A stretch of 64,000 nt of DNA from an uncultured Planctomycetaceae bacterium (GTDB lineage: Bacteria > Planctomycetota > Planctomycetia > Pirellulales > PALSA-1355): NCBI GenBank assembly GCA_963785305.1, contig CAWAUV010000002.1:128001-192000 (forward strand). The letters are read 5' to 3'. This document shows, piece after piece, positions 11,981 to 23,031 of the stretch (position 1 is its first letter; each line of letters begins with the position of its first letter). Under the pieces are notes generated by a model. That model made no database searches. It was given only the letters and a program-made list of their open reading frames with translations, and was not told the origin of the DNA. A program made the translations under genes and the position numbers.

Positions 11981-12739
11981 ATGAACGCCACCGACGCCGA
12001 ACAAATCCTGCTGCGGCTGTATTTGAAAAATACCGATCGCCATCGTTTCGTTTCCGCGGTCGATTGGTTGGTCGAGGCGGCGCGCTCCGAGGGCTTGGCC
12101 GGGGCAACGGTGCTCCGCGGAAAATTTGGCCTCGATTTCGAGGGGCGGTTGCTTGAAAGCCATTTGTGGAGTCTGACAGAACATTTGCCGGTGATTGTCG
12201 AATTCGTCGATCAGCCGCGGCGCATCGGTCGGTTTTTGACGACAATCATGGGAACGCGGGCGCCCGAGTGCGTCGCCACGCTCGAACGCGCGCATGTCAT
12301 GGCCCGTCGCCGCCGCGACTTTGCGAAAGCGCCCTTGCCCGGCACCACCGCGCCGATTCCGGACCTTTCCACCCTGCCTCGCTCCGAGGAGTTTCCGATG
12401 CTCGAACAGGCTGAAAACGGCCAGTTGCTCCGTGTGTTTCTCGGTGAGTCCGACAATTACGAAGGCCAACCGCTGGCGCGAGTCATCGTGCTCAAGGCCC
12501 GAGAGTTGGGCCTGGCGGGCGCGACGGTCTTGCATGGCTCGATGGGCTTCGGCGCGAGCAGCCACCTGCACACCGAACGGCTGCTGGCCCTCTCGACGGA
12601 CCTGCCGGTCGTGGTCGAGCTCGTGGACACGTCCGACAAGATCTCACTATTGCTGCCGTTTTTGGATCAAGTCGTCGAGGAGGGCCTGATTACGATCGAA
12701 AGCGTCCGCGTGCTGAAATATCGGCACAAAGCCAAGTGA
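11981..12739 (+). CDS. Tandem DUF190 domain protein
   Basis: Two repeats of GLAGATVL..G..G ..LPV(I/V)VE; follows crcB. Confidence 0.85.
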   Translation: MNATDAEQILLRLYLKNTDRHRFVSAVDWLVEAARSEGLAGATVLRGKFGLDFEGRLLESHLWSLTEHLPVIVEFVDQPRRIGRFLTTIMGTRAPECVATLERAHVMARRRRDFAKAPLPGTTAPIPDLSTLPRSEEFPMLEQAENGQLLRVFLGESDNYEGQPLARVIVLKARELGLAGATVLHGSMGFGASSHLHTERLLALSTDLPVVVELVDTSDKISLLLPFLDQVVEEGLITIESVRVLKYRHKAK

Positions 12740-12808
12740 GAGCCCGTCGGCGACGAAAAGGAATCGCCGCGCCGGCCGATCGCTCTCGATTCGCCGCCGC
12801 CCTCGGAC

Positions 12809-13762
12809 TCAGGCCGCCGCGCATTCCGATGCATTCGGCAGGGCCAGTTCGAAGTCGGCGTAGTACTGCGAAGCCACGTCGTGCGTCAGGTCGACGATGT
12901 GCGCGATCTCGTCGAGCGTGAGCCGCTTTTTCCAGTTGTCGAGGTTCGCCTTGCTGTCGAGCCGCACCAAATGCGGCGGCTCGACCGTCGTTTCCTTCGG
13001 ATTGAGCGGTGTGCTGAAAAGCGCGATCGTCGCGCGGGTCTGATCCGTGATCGTGAGCCCCAAACGCTGGTGCAACACCAAGAATTCGTTCATCGGATCG
13101 AGCGAAAGATCATCGTGTCGCACGATATGCAGCCGATGCCCCTCGCGTTGGCACTGCTTGACCGACGCATAGACCATGCGCCACAGCAAGCAAGCCGAAA
13201 AAATCAAATCCTCGGGCTCGCGAATCGCCCGCTCCAGATCGGCGTGAAACGGCTCGAGTCGGTTGCGCACCAGCTCCGGCTGCTCGAGCAAGTGGCGATG
13301 GTCGAAGTCCCAGCGTAGCCGCTTGATGCTCGATACAAATGCCTCGGGCCGCCGCACGACCGTCACCACCTGACAGCCCAAGCGATCGATAAACCAGGGA
13401 ATGGAAAACACGGCGAACGGATCCTTGATCACGGTCCAGCCGCGATGTTCGTGATAGCGTCGGCAGTCCTCGGCCATGCAGCCGGCCTGGAGCACGGCGC
13501 GATAGGGATCGACGATCGGCCCTTCGGTGGCGCGGGAAATGTATTCGTACGGATGGCGCACCACCGAACGCATCACCGCCGGACCGTCGCTATGATTCAG
13601 CGGCTCGTTGATGAATTCGGCCTCGCGGTTGGCCGTGAGCATGGTGGCGACCCATGTGGTGCTCGAACGATGGCTGCCGGTGACGAGAATGCGCTTGGCC
13701 GGCAGATCGGCGAAGGGTCCTCGCGGCTGGACGGACGCGAGGCTCTCCCGCGAGCGCGCCAT
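12809..13762 (-). CDS. P-loop sulfotransferase family protein
   Basis: ILVTGSHRSSTTW, INEPLN, VIKDP, VRRPEAFVSS; start uncertain. Confidence 0.75.
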   Translation of the reverse strand: MARSRESLASVQPRGPFADLPAKRILVTGSHRSSTTWVATMLTANREAEFINEPLNHSDGPAVMRSVVRHPYEYISRATEGPIVDPYRAVLQAGCMAEDCRRYHEHRGWTVIKDPFAVFSIPWFIDRLGCQVVTVVRRPEAFVSSIKRLRWDFDHRHLLEQPELVRNRLEPFHADLERAIREPEDLIFSACLLWRMVYASVKQCQREGHRLHIVRHDDLSLDPMNEFLVLHQRLGLTITDQTRATIALFSTPLNPKETTVEPPHLVRLDSKANLDNWKKRLTLDEIAHIVDLTHDVASQYYADFELALPNASECAAA

Positions 13763-14216
13763 GGTCCGCGGAAAAACACTCGCCGGCGCAACCTCGGGGC
13801 GCCGGAGCCGCCATGAAATCGATGCACCACCATGATAGAGAATCCTTTCACAAGGCAGGCAGGGCAGCATGACCCGCAAAAGGTTTTGGGCCAAGGGACC
13901 CATTCCCCCGGCGCTGGAATCAATCCGGCGGCGCGAACTTTTCGCCGGCAGGCTCAAATATCGACACGATTAACCGCAAACTTTGCTTTGTCGCCGCATT
14001 TCCTGGAATCGTTAAACTCGCTAGACAACGTCGCGCCGAGGCACAATCGCGATCAACCCACGCCCGGCGCCGTATTTGCGCCGCTCTGGCGGCGAGCTAT
14101 CATCAAGGTTTATATCGGGCCGGCGCCAGCACTGGCTGCACGCTCATTTCGCCAAACCGGAACACCGCGCCGATCGTTCGCGTCGGCAAGCATCGTGTCG
14201 AGTAGGACCGTTCTTC

Positions 14217-17200
14217 ATGGACCCGGAGCGCGAACGCATCCATGACGACCTGCGCGGATTGATTCGCGGAGAAGTCCGCGCCGACGACGTATTCCTCCAG
14301 CTCTACGCATCCGACGCCAGTCTTTATGAAATCAAGCCGCTCGTGGTCGTGCGGCCTGTTTCGCTCGCCGATGTCGTGGCGACGGTGAAATACGCGGCTG
14401 AAAACCGGACGCCCGTCTTTCCCCGCGGCGCCGGCTCCGGGCTCGCCGGCGAATCGCTCGGCCGCGGCATCGTGCTCGACTTTTCGCGGCACATGCGCGG
14501 CATTGTCGACATCGAGCCGCGGCGGGTGCGGGTGCAACCGGGCGTCGTGCATGCCCGGCTCAACCGGCAGTTGCGCGCCACCGGCCGGCAGTTCGGCCCC
14601 GACCCGGCCATGAGTAGCGTGACCACCATGGGCAGCGTGGTGGCGATCGACGCGGGCGGCAGTCATTGGCCGCGACACGGCTCGGCGCGGCGCCATGTGG
14701 CCGGCCTGCAGCTCGTGCTCGCCGATGGCACGGTGCTCGACGCCGGTCGCGAGCCGCGCACCGCGGAGAACATGGCGCCCGACACGCGTAAAGGCGCCTT
14801 GCTCACGGCGCTGGTCGAACTCATCGAGCGCGAGGCCCCGACCATCGCCGCGCATTGGCCCCAGGCGCCGGTCAATCGTTTTGGCTATCAGATCGCCGAT
14901 GTGCTGACCGACGATTGGCTCGATCTTGGGCGGTTGCTATGCGGCTCGGAAGGCACGCTCGCGATCGTGACCGAGGCGACCCTCGACACGTCGCCGCTAC
15001 CGAAGCATCGCAGCGTGGGCCTCTTGTTTTTCGACCGGCTCGAGAGCGCTGCCCGGGCGGTGATGGAGATCATGCCCTGGGGCCCGAGCGCTTGCGACCT
15101 CATGGATCGGCGGCATTTGAGCCTCGCGCGCGAGGGCATGCGGCTCTACGATCGGCTGATTCCGGCGGAGACCGAGGCCGCGCTGCTGATCGAATACGAT
15201 GGCGATCGTCAGAGCGAGACACGATCGCGACTGGCGCAACTCGTCGAGCGGGTGCGACGGCGAAAGCGGTTGGCGTTTCACGCGGCGCTGGCGCACGACC
15301 CGATCGAGGCGGAGTTGTTTTGGCGGCTGGCGCGCAATGTGGTGCCGACGCTGCATCGCGTGAAAGGGGCGACGCGACCGCTGCCGTTCGTGGAGGACTT
15401 CGCGACTCCGCCGGCGGCGTTGCCCGACTTTCTGGTTCGCATGCAAAACGTGCTCAAGCAGCATCAGGTCACGGCGTCGCTGTTCGGACACGCCGGACAG
15501 GGGCAGTTGCATTTGCGTCCGTTTCTCGATCCCGCGCTGCCGGCCGACGTCGCGCGCATGGGCCCGCTCGCCGAGAGCCTGTATCAGGAGGTGCTCGCCG
15601 TTGGAGGCACGATCAGCGGCGAACATGCGGCGGGCCTCAGTCGCGGGCCGTTTCTGCGGCAGCAATATGGCCCGCTCGCCGATGTGTTTCGCGAGGTCAA
15701 ACGCATCTTCGACCCGCTGAATCTCTTGAACCCCGATAAACTTTTCAGCGACGACGCGGATCTCGTGGCCAAGAACCTGCGACCTTCGGCGCTGCTGCTT
15801 CGGGGCCGATCGGATCGCGAAAACGGCGCACCGGGGCATGCGACCGCGACACGTCGGCGCGTCGGCGCCATCGAGCGCGCCGCCTAGCGTTCTCGCGACT
15901 GCCGCGCCGGTTGTCGTCGCGTCATCGAGCGAAGCCAATGGCGCGGCCGCGCCGGCGCCGCTGAAATTGCATTGGCGTTGGACTCAAGACGATTTCCTCG
16001 GCGCCGCTCGCCAATGCAATGGCTGCGGCGCATGTCGAACGCAAGCCCCCGACTTGCGCATGTGTCCGATCTTTCGCGCATCGCCGGCCGAAGAAGCCTC
16101 GCCGCGGGCCAAGGCGAATCTGATTCGCGGCATGCTCACCGGCCAGCTCGACGCGCAGCAACCGCTCGATGAAAACTTCAAAGCCATCGCCGACCTGTGC
16201 GTGCATTGTCACATGTGCCGCGTGGAGTGCCCGGCGAGCGTCGACATTCCCAAGCTGATGGCGGAAGCGAAGTCGGCCTACCTGGAGGTCCACGGCCAGT
16301 CGATCGCCCGCTGGGCGCTGGCCAACGTCGACACGCTCTCGGCCATCGGCAGTTATTTTCGTCCGCTCGCGAATTGGGCCTTGGCCAATCGCGGCGCCCG
16401 ATGGCTGCTCGAAAAAATGATCGGCCTCGCTCCCGGCGCAAACTTCCCCGCTTCGCGGCCCGGCCATTCTTGCGCACGGCCGCCCGCCGCCGCTGGACCC
16501 GCCCCACGCGGCAAGCCAAGCGCAAGGCACTTTATTTCGTCGACACCTTCGTCAATTACCACGATCCACAGCTTGGCGAAGCGCTGGTGGCGGTGCTCGA
16601 GCACAATGGCGTGTCGGTATTCGTGCCTCCGCAGCAGCAGGCGTCGGCGATGCCGCTAATCGCGATCGGCGCGCTCGATCAAGCGCGAAAGTGGCCGAGC
16701 GAAACGTGGCGCTCCTAGCCGAAGCGGTGCGACTGGGATATCACATCATCGCCACGGAACCGAGCGCCGTGATGTGCCTGACGCGCGAGTATCCAGGCGC
16801 TGGTCGACGACGACGATGCCCGGCTCGTGGCGGACCATGCGAGCGAAGCCTGCGATTATCTTTGGCGCTTGCATCAGCAAGGCGCCTTGCAACTCGACTT
16901 CAAGCCGCTCAATCTCGCGCTCGGCTACCATTTGCCGTGCCACCTCAAAGCACTCGGTATCGGTTCTCCGGGCGAGAATCTGTTGCGTTTGGTGCCCGGG
17001 CTCGTGATCAAACGGCTCGACCGGGGCTGCTCGGGCATGGCCGGGGCCTACGGCCTCGCGCAAGAAAACTTCCGCTCCAGCCTTCGCGCCGGACGCGACC
17101 TGATCCACGCGATGCGAAGTCCGACGATTCAAGCCGGCGTGACCGAATGCTCGGCCTGCAAACTGCAAATGGAGCAAGGCGCCGACAAACCGACCACGCA

Positions 17201-17291
17201 CCCCATCAAAGCGCTCGCGCTGGCCTATGGCCTCATGCCCGAGCTGGCCGAAGTCTTCGCCGCCCAGGGCGAGGCTTTGCTCACGAGTTGA
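14217..17291 (+). CDS. FAD-linked oxidase / Fe-S oxidoreductase (GlcD-GlpC fusion, YdiJ-like; several frameshifts)
   Basis: YASDAS, RGAGSGLAG, GSEGTLA, GEHAAG, CNGCGAC, CVHCHMCRVECP, CSGMAG. Confidence 0.88.
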
Positions 17292-17620
17292 CAGCGATGG
17301 GGAATTTCGCTGGTTTCGCCCTTTTGTTTTTCGAGGGAAAAAGTCCGCGGCGCGCATCTTGCGAGGTCAAGCTCAACTCGGCGAGCGGGGGATAAGCGGC
17401 GGGTATTTTGTTAATTGCGCAAGTTCGAGCCGCGCAACCCGTGCCCCGTTCGCGGCAAATGGGTAGAATAGCTAGTAGCCGCACCTACTATGCTCCCGCG
17501 ATTTCAGCGCATTGAGAACGGATTTATCGTCTCCCCCCTGTCCGATATGCCCCGCGCGAAGCGCGAGCTGTTGTTGAGCGATGCTTGCTCCGCGCCGATT
17601 ACCCCAGAAGGGCGCCGCCC

Positions 17621-18782
17621 ATGACGCGAATTTACCTAGACAACGCCGCCACGAGTTGGCCCAAGCCGGAGTCGGTGTATCGCACGGTCGACGATTACCA
17701 ACGCAACATCGGAGCATCGACCGGGCGAAGTGGCTATGCCGAAGCGGCCCAAGTCGCGCGCGATGTCGAAAAAACGCGTCGGGAAGTCGCCCGCTTGCTC
17801 GGAGCGCGTAATCAAGGACAACTGATCTTTACGTTCAATGGGACCGACGCGCTGAACATGGCCCTGCATGGCGCGGTGAGCCCTGGCGATCATGTGGTCA
17901 CGAGCGTGATCGAGCACAATTCGGTGCTGCGGCCATTGTCGAGCTTGGAGCGAGGCGGCGTGAGCGTGAGTCGCGTGGGATGCGACATGCAAGGGTTCGT
18001 CGATCCGCGCGGTGCGCGACGCGATGCGAAGAGAAACGCGGCTGGTCGTGCTTTCGCATGCCTCGAATGTGACCGGGGCCTTGCAACGGATCGACGAAAT
18101 CGGCGAGATCGCCCATGCCACCGGCGCCCTGTTCCTGGTCGATGCCGCGCAAACAGCCGGTCATGTGCCGATCGCGCTCGACGATTCGCCGATCGATCTG
18201 CTCGCCGCCAGCGGACACAAGGGCCTGCTTGGCCCACTCGGCACCGGCGTGCTTTATTTCCGCGGCGGCGTCGAGGAGCGCGTGCGCAATTCGCGGCAAG
18301 GCGGCACCGGAATTTCCGGCGACGACGATCAGCACCCCATGAACATGCCGAGCAAGTTCGAGGCCGGCAATCTCAATGTGCCGGGTCTCTTGGGCCTGGG
18401 CGCCGCGGCCGAGTTTTTGTTCGAACATGGCGTCGCCACGATCCGCCGGCGCCACGAAGAGCTCACCGGCCGATTGCTCGAGGGGCTCGGCCGCATTCCC
18501 GGCCTGCGAATTCATGGCCCGCGCCATCCCGAGCGACAAGTCGGCTTGGTCAGCGTAACCCTTGATGGATTCGACCCTCAAGAAGTCGCCGCGATGCTCG
18601 ACGCCTCGCATCGTGTGCAGACCCGTCCCGGATTGCATTGCGCTCCGCGCATGCATAAGTCGCTGGGCACATTTGCCCACGGCGGAACGACTCGCTTCAG
18701 TTTGGGCGTCTTCAGCACCGCCGAGCATGTCGACGCCGCCGTGGCCGCCATGACCGACGTGGCCCTGGCCGCCGTGCATTGA
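17621..18782 (+). CDS. Aminotransferase class V / cysteine desulfurase-like (frameshift near 18010)
   Basis: IYLDNAATSWPKP, EHNSV, DAAQTAG, SGHKGLLGP, GLHCAP. Confidence 0.9.
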
Positions 18783-18787
18783 TCGCC

Positions 18788-19902
18788 ATGAATCGCGACA
18801 TTTTCACGCACCGGCTCAAGGCCGAGGCTATCGCCCAGGGTTTTGACACCGCTGGGGTATGCGCGGCGGTCGAGCCGCCCGGCGCGAGCAGGCTGCGCAA
18901 ATGGCTCGAGCGGGGTTATGCCGGCGAGATGCATTATCTGGCCAAGCATGAGGCCGCCTATCATCACCCGAGCCATGTGCTCGAGGCGCGCGCAGTGTGC
19001 TGATGCTCACCGTGAACTATGGCGCCCAAGCGCCGGCGCGCGCGGCGCCGGGCCAGGGGCGCGTGTCGCGTTATGCCTGGGGCGCCGACTACCACGAAAA
19101 AATCCGGCCGCGGCTCGCGGCGCTTGCCGATTTCGTGAAGCGCGAGCAGCCAGGCGCCACGGCTCGCGGCGTGGTCGACACCGCGCCGTTCATGGAGCGC
19201 GATTTTGCCCGCTTGGCCGGCCTGGGTTGGATCGGCAAAAATACCCTGTTGATCAACAAATGGTCGGGCAGCCTGTTCTTCCTCGCGGCGCTGGTGACCG
19301 ATCTGGAACTAACCTACGACGCGGCGCACGAAGCCGATCATTGTGGCACGTGTCGCGCGTGCCTCGATGCCTGTCCGACCGATGCGTTTGTCTCGGCCGG
19401 CCTGCTCGACGCGAGCCGCTGCGTGAGCTATCTGACGATCGAACTGCGCGACCCGATGCCCGCCGCGTTGCGCGGCAAGGTGGGCGACTGGCTGTTTGGC
19501 TGCGATGTCTGCCAAGACGTGTGTCCTTGGAACCGCCGGGCGCCCCAAACGCGCTGGGCCGACTTCGAACCCGATCCGGAAAACAATCCGGTCGAACTGG
19601 CCCCGCTCTTTTCGCTCGATGACGAAGCATTCCGCCACCGCTTTCGACATTCGCCTCTTTGGCGCTCGAAGCGCCGCGGTCTGCTGCGCAACGCCGCGAT
19701 CGTGCTCGGCAATCAGCGCCACCTGCCGGCGCTCGCCGCGCTCACGCTCGGGCTAGCCGACGCCGAACCCCTTGTGCGTTCCGCTTCGGCATGGGCACTC
19801 GGCAGGCTCGCCTCGCCCGAGGCCCAAGCGGCGTTGGGGCGCCGCCTGGATATCGAGCCCGACGAAATCGTTTGCCAAGCGATCACGGAAGCGCTCGAAT
19901 GA
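18788..19902 (+). CDS. queG: tRNA epoxyqueuosine(34) reductase (frameshift near 18990)
   Basis: SRYAWGADYH, VDTAP, GLGWIGKN, CGTCRACLDACPT, FGCDVCQDVCPWN. Confidence 0.93.
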
Positions 19903-20006
19903 GGAACCTCACGCTAAGCCCGCTATAATTAAACCAACGCGTCGAACGCAGGTCTTTTGGCGGAACAAGCTTCGGCGTGCCACTCTCGCGCGAATGAGCT
20001 CTTCTC

Positions 20007-21277
20007 ATGAAGGTGTTGGTAGCCGAAGACAGCCTGCTCTGGCGACGTTTGCTCGAAAGCTCGCTGGCCGGGCTCAATTTCGAAGTGACGGTCGCCGCCG
20101 ATGGCGCCGAAGCTTGGCGGCATTTTCAGCGAGCACCGTTTCGCTGGTGCTCACCGATTGGGTCATGCCCGAATTGGATGGGCTCGAGCTCATCCGCCGG
20201 ATTCGCGCCGCCCCGCAGCCGCATTATGTGTACATCATTCTGCTCACGGCTCGCGGCGAGAAAGACGATCTGGTCGAAGGCATGGAAGCCGGCGCCGATG
20301 ACTTCATGACCAAGCCGATCGACCACGGCGAACTGCGAGCGCGAATTCGCCAAGGCGAACGCATGATCGTCTTGCAGCAGACGCTCACGAATCAAAACTT
20401 GCAATTGCGGCAAACCCAGGCCGCGCTCGTCGAAAGCGAAAAGCTCGCCGCGCTCGGGCAACTGGCCGCTGGCATGGCCCACGAAATCAATAACCCGCTC
20501 GCTTTCGTGAGTAACAATCTGGCCGTGCTGAAGCGCGATGTAACCAGCGCGCTCGATTTGCTCGACCATTACCGCGCCGGCAAAATGCCTCCGCATGGCC
20601 CCGCGCGAGCGAACGAAAAAGCGAGCCCGGCCGGCGACGTGTCGGGCCCGGCGGCGCCGCGAAGCGACATCGCCGATAGCGACGAAGCCCACGATTTCAC
20701 CTGGCTCCGCGACAATCTGCCCGAATTGTTCGCCCGATCGCAAGCTGGCTTGGCCCGAGTGCGAGCGATCGTTGGCAATCTGCGAGATTTCGCCCAGGTC
20801 GATCAATCCGAGTTTTCCGATCTCGATCTCAACGCGGGGTTACGAAGCACGGTCGACATTTTGCGCTCGCTCGTGGCCGAAAAGGGTTTGAGCATCGCCC
20901 TGGATTTGTCGCCGGGGGCGGGCGTCTTTTGCCAGCCGCGCCGCGTGCAGCAGTTGTTGCATGCACTCGTGCTCAATGCGGTGCAAGCCAGCCGCGCGGG
21001 CGGAGTCGTCGAAATTCGCACGCTGACCGACCCGGCCGGCGTGTCGGTCGAAGTCGAGGACCACGGCTGCGGCATCGACTCCGCGATCATGCCGCGCATC
21101 TTCGAACCCTTCTTCACCACCAAACCGGTCGGCCAGGGGGCTGGGCTCGGGCTCTCGATCGGATATGGCGTGGCCCGCGACCACGGCGGCTCGATCAGTG
21201 TCGAGAGCGAGCCAGGGCGTGGCAGCGTGTTTCGCGTGCGTCTGCCGCGCCGTCCGCCCAAGAACGGCAAGCGGTAA
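20007..21277 (+). CDS. Hybrid response regulator / histidine kinase (frameshift near 20135)
   Basis: Receiver (MKVLVAEDS, TDWVMP, KP) followed by AHEINNP and FEPFFTTK. Confidence 0.88.
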
Positions 21278-21603
21278 CGACTTCCCAGACCGGCCATGTC
21301 GCCGCCGCGCATGCGGCCGCCGCGCCCGCCGCTCTTCGGGCGAGCCGGCGCGAGGTCATTGCCGCGACGCGAACAATCGGAAAGAATTAGAATGCGAGCG
21401 TCGATCCGAATTATCCGCCGCGTCGCCACTTCGAAATGCCGCCCCCCCCCCGTCGAACCGCTGCTCGACCGGTTCTCGAATCGGCTTGGAATCGGTATCA
21501 TGCGAGCCCGCGAGACATTGGATCGCATGAAGCGAGGGCGTGGAACACGTCGCTGGCGCCAGCGCGCGGTTTTGCGAACCGCTTGGCCCCGGAGCATTTT
21601 TTC

Positions 21604-22167
21604 ATGGCGAGAGCGCCCAAACATTCGCTGCTGCTGGTCGACGATGAGCCCGACATGCTCTTTTCGCTCAAGGGTCTCTTGCGGCAGGAGTTCGAGCTCC
21701 ACACCGCCGAAAGCGCCGCCGAGGGGCTGCGAATCTTGGCCGAGCATCCGATCGATGTGGTGATGACCGATCAGCGAATGCCCGAGATGACCGGCGTGGA
21801 GATGCTTTGCAAAGTGAAGTCGCGGCAACCCGACGCGATCCGAATCGTGTTCACCGGCTATGCGGACCTGAAATCGGTGATCGAGGGCGTGAATCACGGC
21901 GGCCTGCATCGCTATATCACCAAGCCCTGGGACCCCGACGAACTGATCGAAATGCTCCGCCAAGCCGCCGCCGAGCACGATGCCCTGGTCGAACGGCGGC
22001 AATTGCTGGTCGATGTGCGCGAGCACTTGCTCGCCCTCGGGCAAAGCCGCCGGGGCGAGGGCCGCGGCGAGATCGGGGGACCCGAATCGCAAGAAGCCGA
22101 GTTGCTCGCGCGGTTGGAAAAGTCGATCGCCGAATCCCGCCGACGCTCCAAGGGCGACGCGTCATGA
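21604..22167 (+). CDS. Response regulator (receiver)
   Basis: LLLVDDE, MTDQRMP, YITKPWD. Confidence 0.88.
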   Translation: MARAPKHSLLLVDDEPDMLFSLKGLLRQEFELHTAESAAEGLRILAEHPIDVVMTDQRMPEMTGVEMLCKVKSRQPDAIRIVFTGYADLKSVIEGVNHGGLHRYITKPWDPDELIEMLRQAAAEHDALVERRQLLVDVREHLLALGQSRRGEGRGEIGGPESQEAELLARLEKSIAESRRRSKGDAS

Positions 22168-22682
22168 CGGCAAAGCAGCCCGTGCTCTTGGTGGTGCTCG
22201 TCGAGATGAAGCGCCTCGGTTGGCGGGCCGCCGGCGTCGACCTCTCGGGCAATTGCGTGCCGCTACTCGCCTCGCGTTCCGACAATCTTCGGCCCTACAT
22301 CGGCCAGGAGCTCGACGAGCAACTCAGCTTTTTGCGGCATCGCCTCTCGGGAGTGCTGCAGCGGGCATGCGATCGCCTCTGGGGCCGCGAAATGAAGCCT
22401 TGCCAAGTGGTGTTTCTGGCCGACGGCCCTTTTCCCGAGGCCGATCCATCGCTCGGCCGGCGGGTCGCCGAGCACTTCGTCGAATGGATGACAAAGCCGC
22501 CAGTCGTTTATTACCTGCTCACCTCGCATGAACGTCGCGCTGCCGGCCTCGAACGCGTCTCCGGCGAAATCGACCCCCAATCGTTGGCCGCCTTGGAAAT
22601 TTCGCTTCGCGCACTCGGCGCCGCGAGCGACGATCCCGATCTTTGGGAACACGAACAACCCAAGCCGCGCCAGGCTCAATAG
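22164..22682 (+). CDS. Hypothetical protein
   Basis: ATG overlaps the previous stop (ATGA); protein-like composition. Confidence 0.6.
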   Translation: MTAKQPVLLVVLVEMKRLGWRAAGVDLSGNCVPLLASRSDNLRPYIGQELDEQLSFLRHRLSGVLQRACDRLWGREMKPCQVVFLADGPFPEADPSLGRRVAEHFVEWMTKPPVVYYLLTSHERRAAGLERVSGEIDPQSLAALEISLRALGAASDDPDLWEHEQPKPRQAQ

Positions 22683-23031
22683 TCGCTTTGCTCCCACGCG
22701 CTCTTTGCTCGCCGATGATCGAATTCGCTGCCCGCGACCGCTCCAGAAGCAGTCCCGTACAGTAGAACCTTTTGCGTCACAAGTTACTGGTCATTGGCGT
22801 CGAGGTCGGCTTAGGTCGAAGCGTCGGACGCGACCATTGCGGGCAGTCACGGCGCCAGGCGACGCCCGCGATGCGCCGCCGGCAACGGTTTGTAAGGCGC
22901 GGCGGCTGACTTTTAAATCGACGGCATGCCGGTCCGCTCCCGCGTTGCCATTCCATGGGATGATCATCGCTCCCTTGAGTAGCGCGATTTCAGCGACTGA
23001 ATGCAGTGTTGCCGGCAATGTCCCTGCTTAT

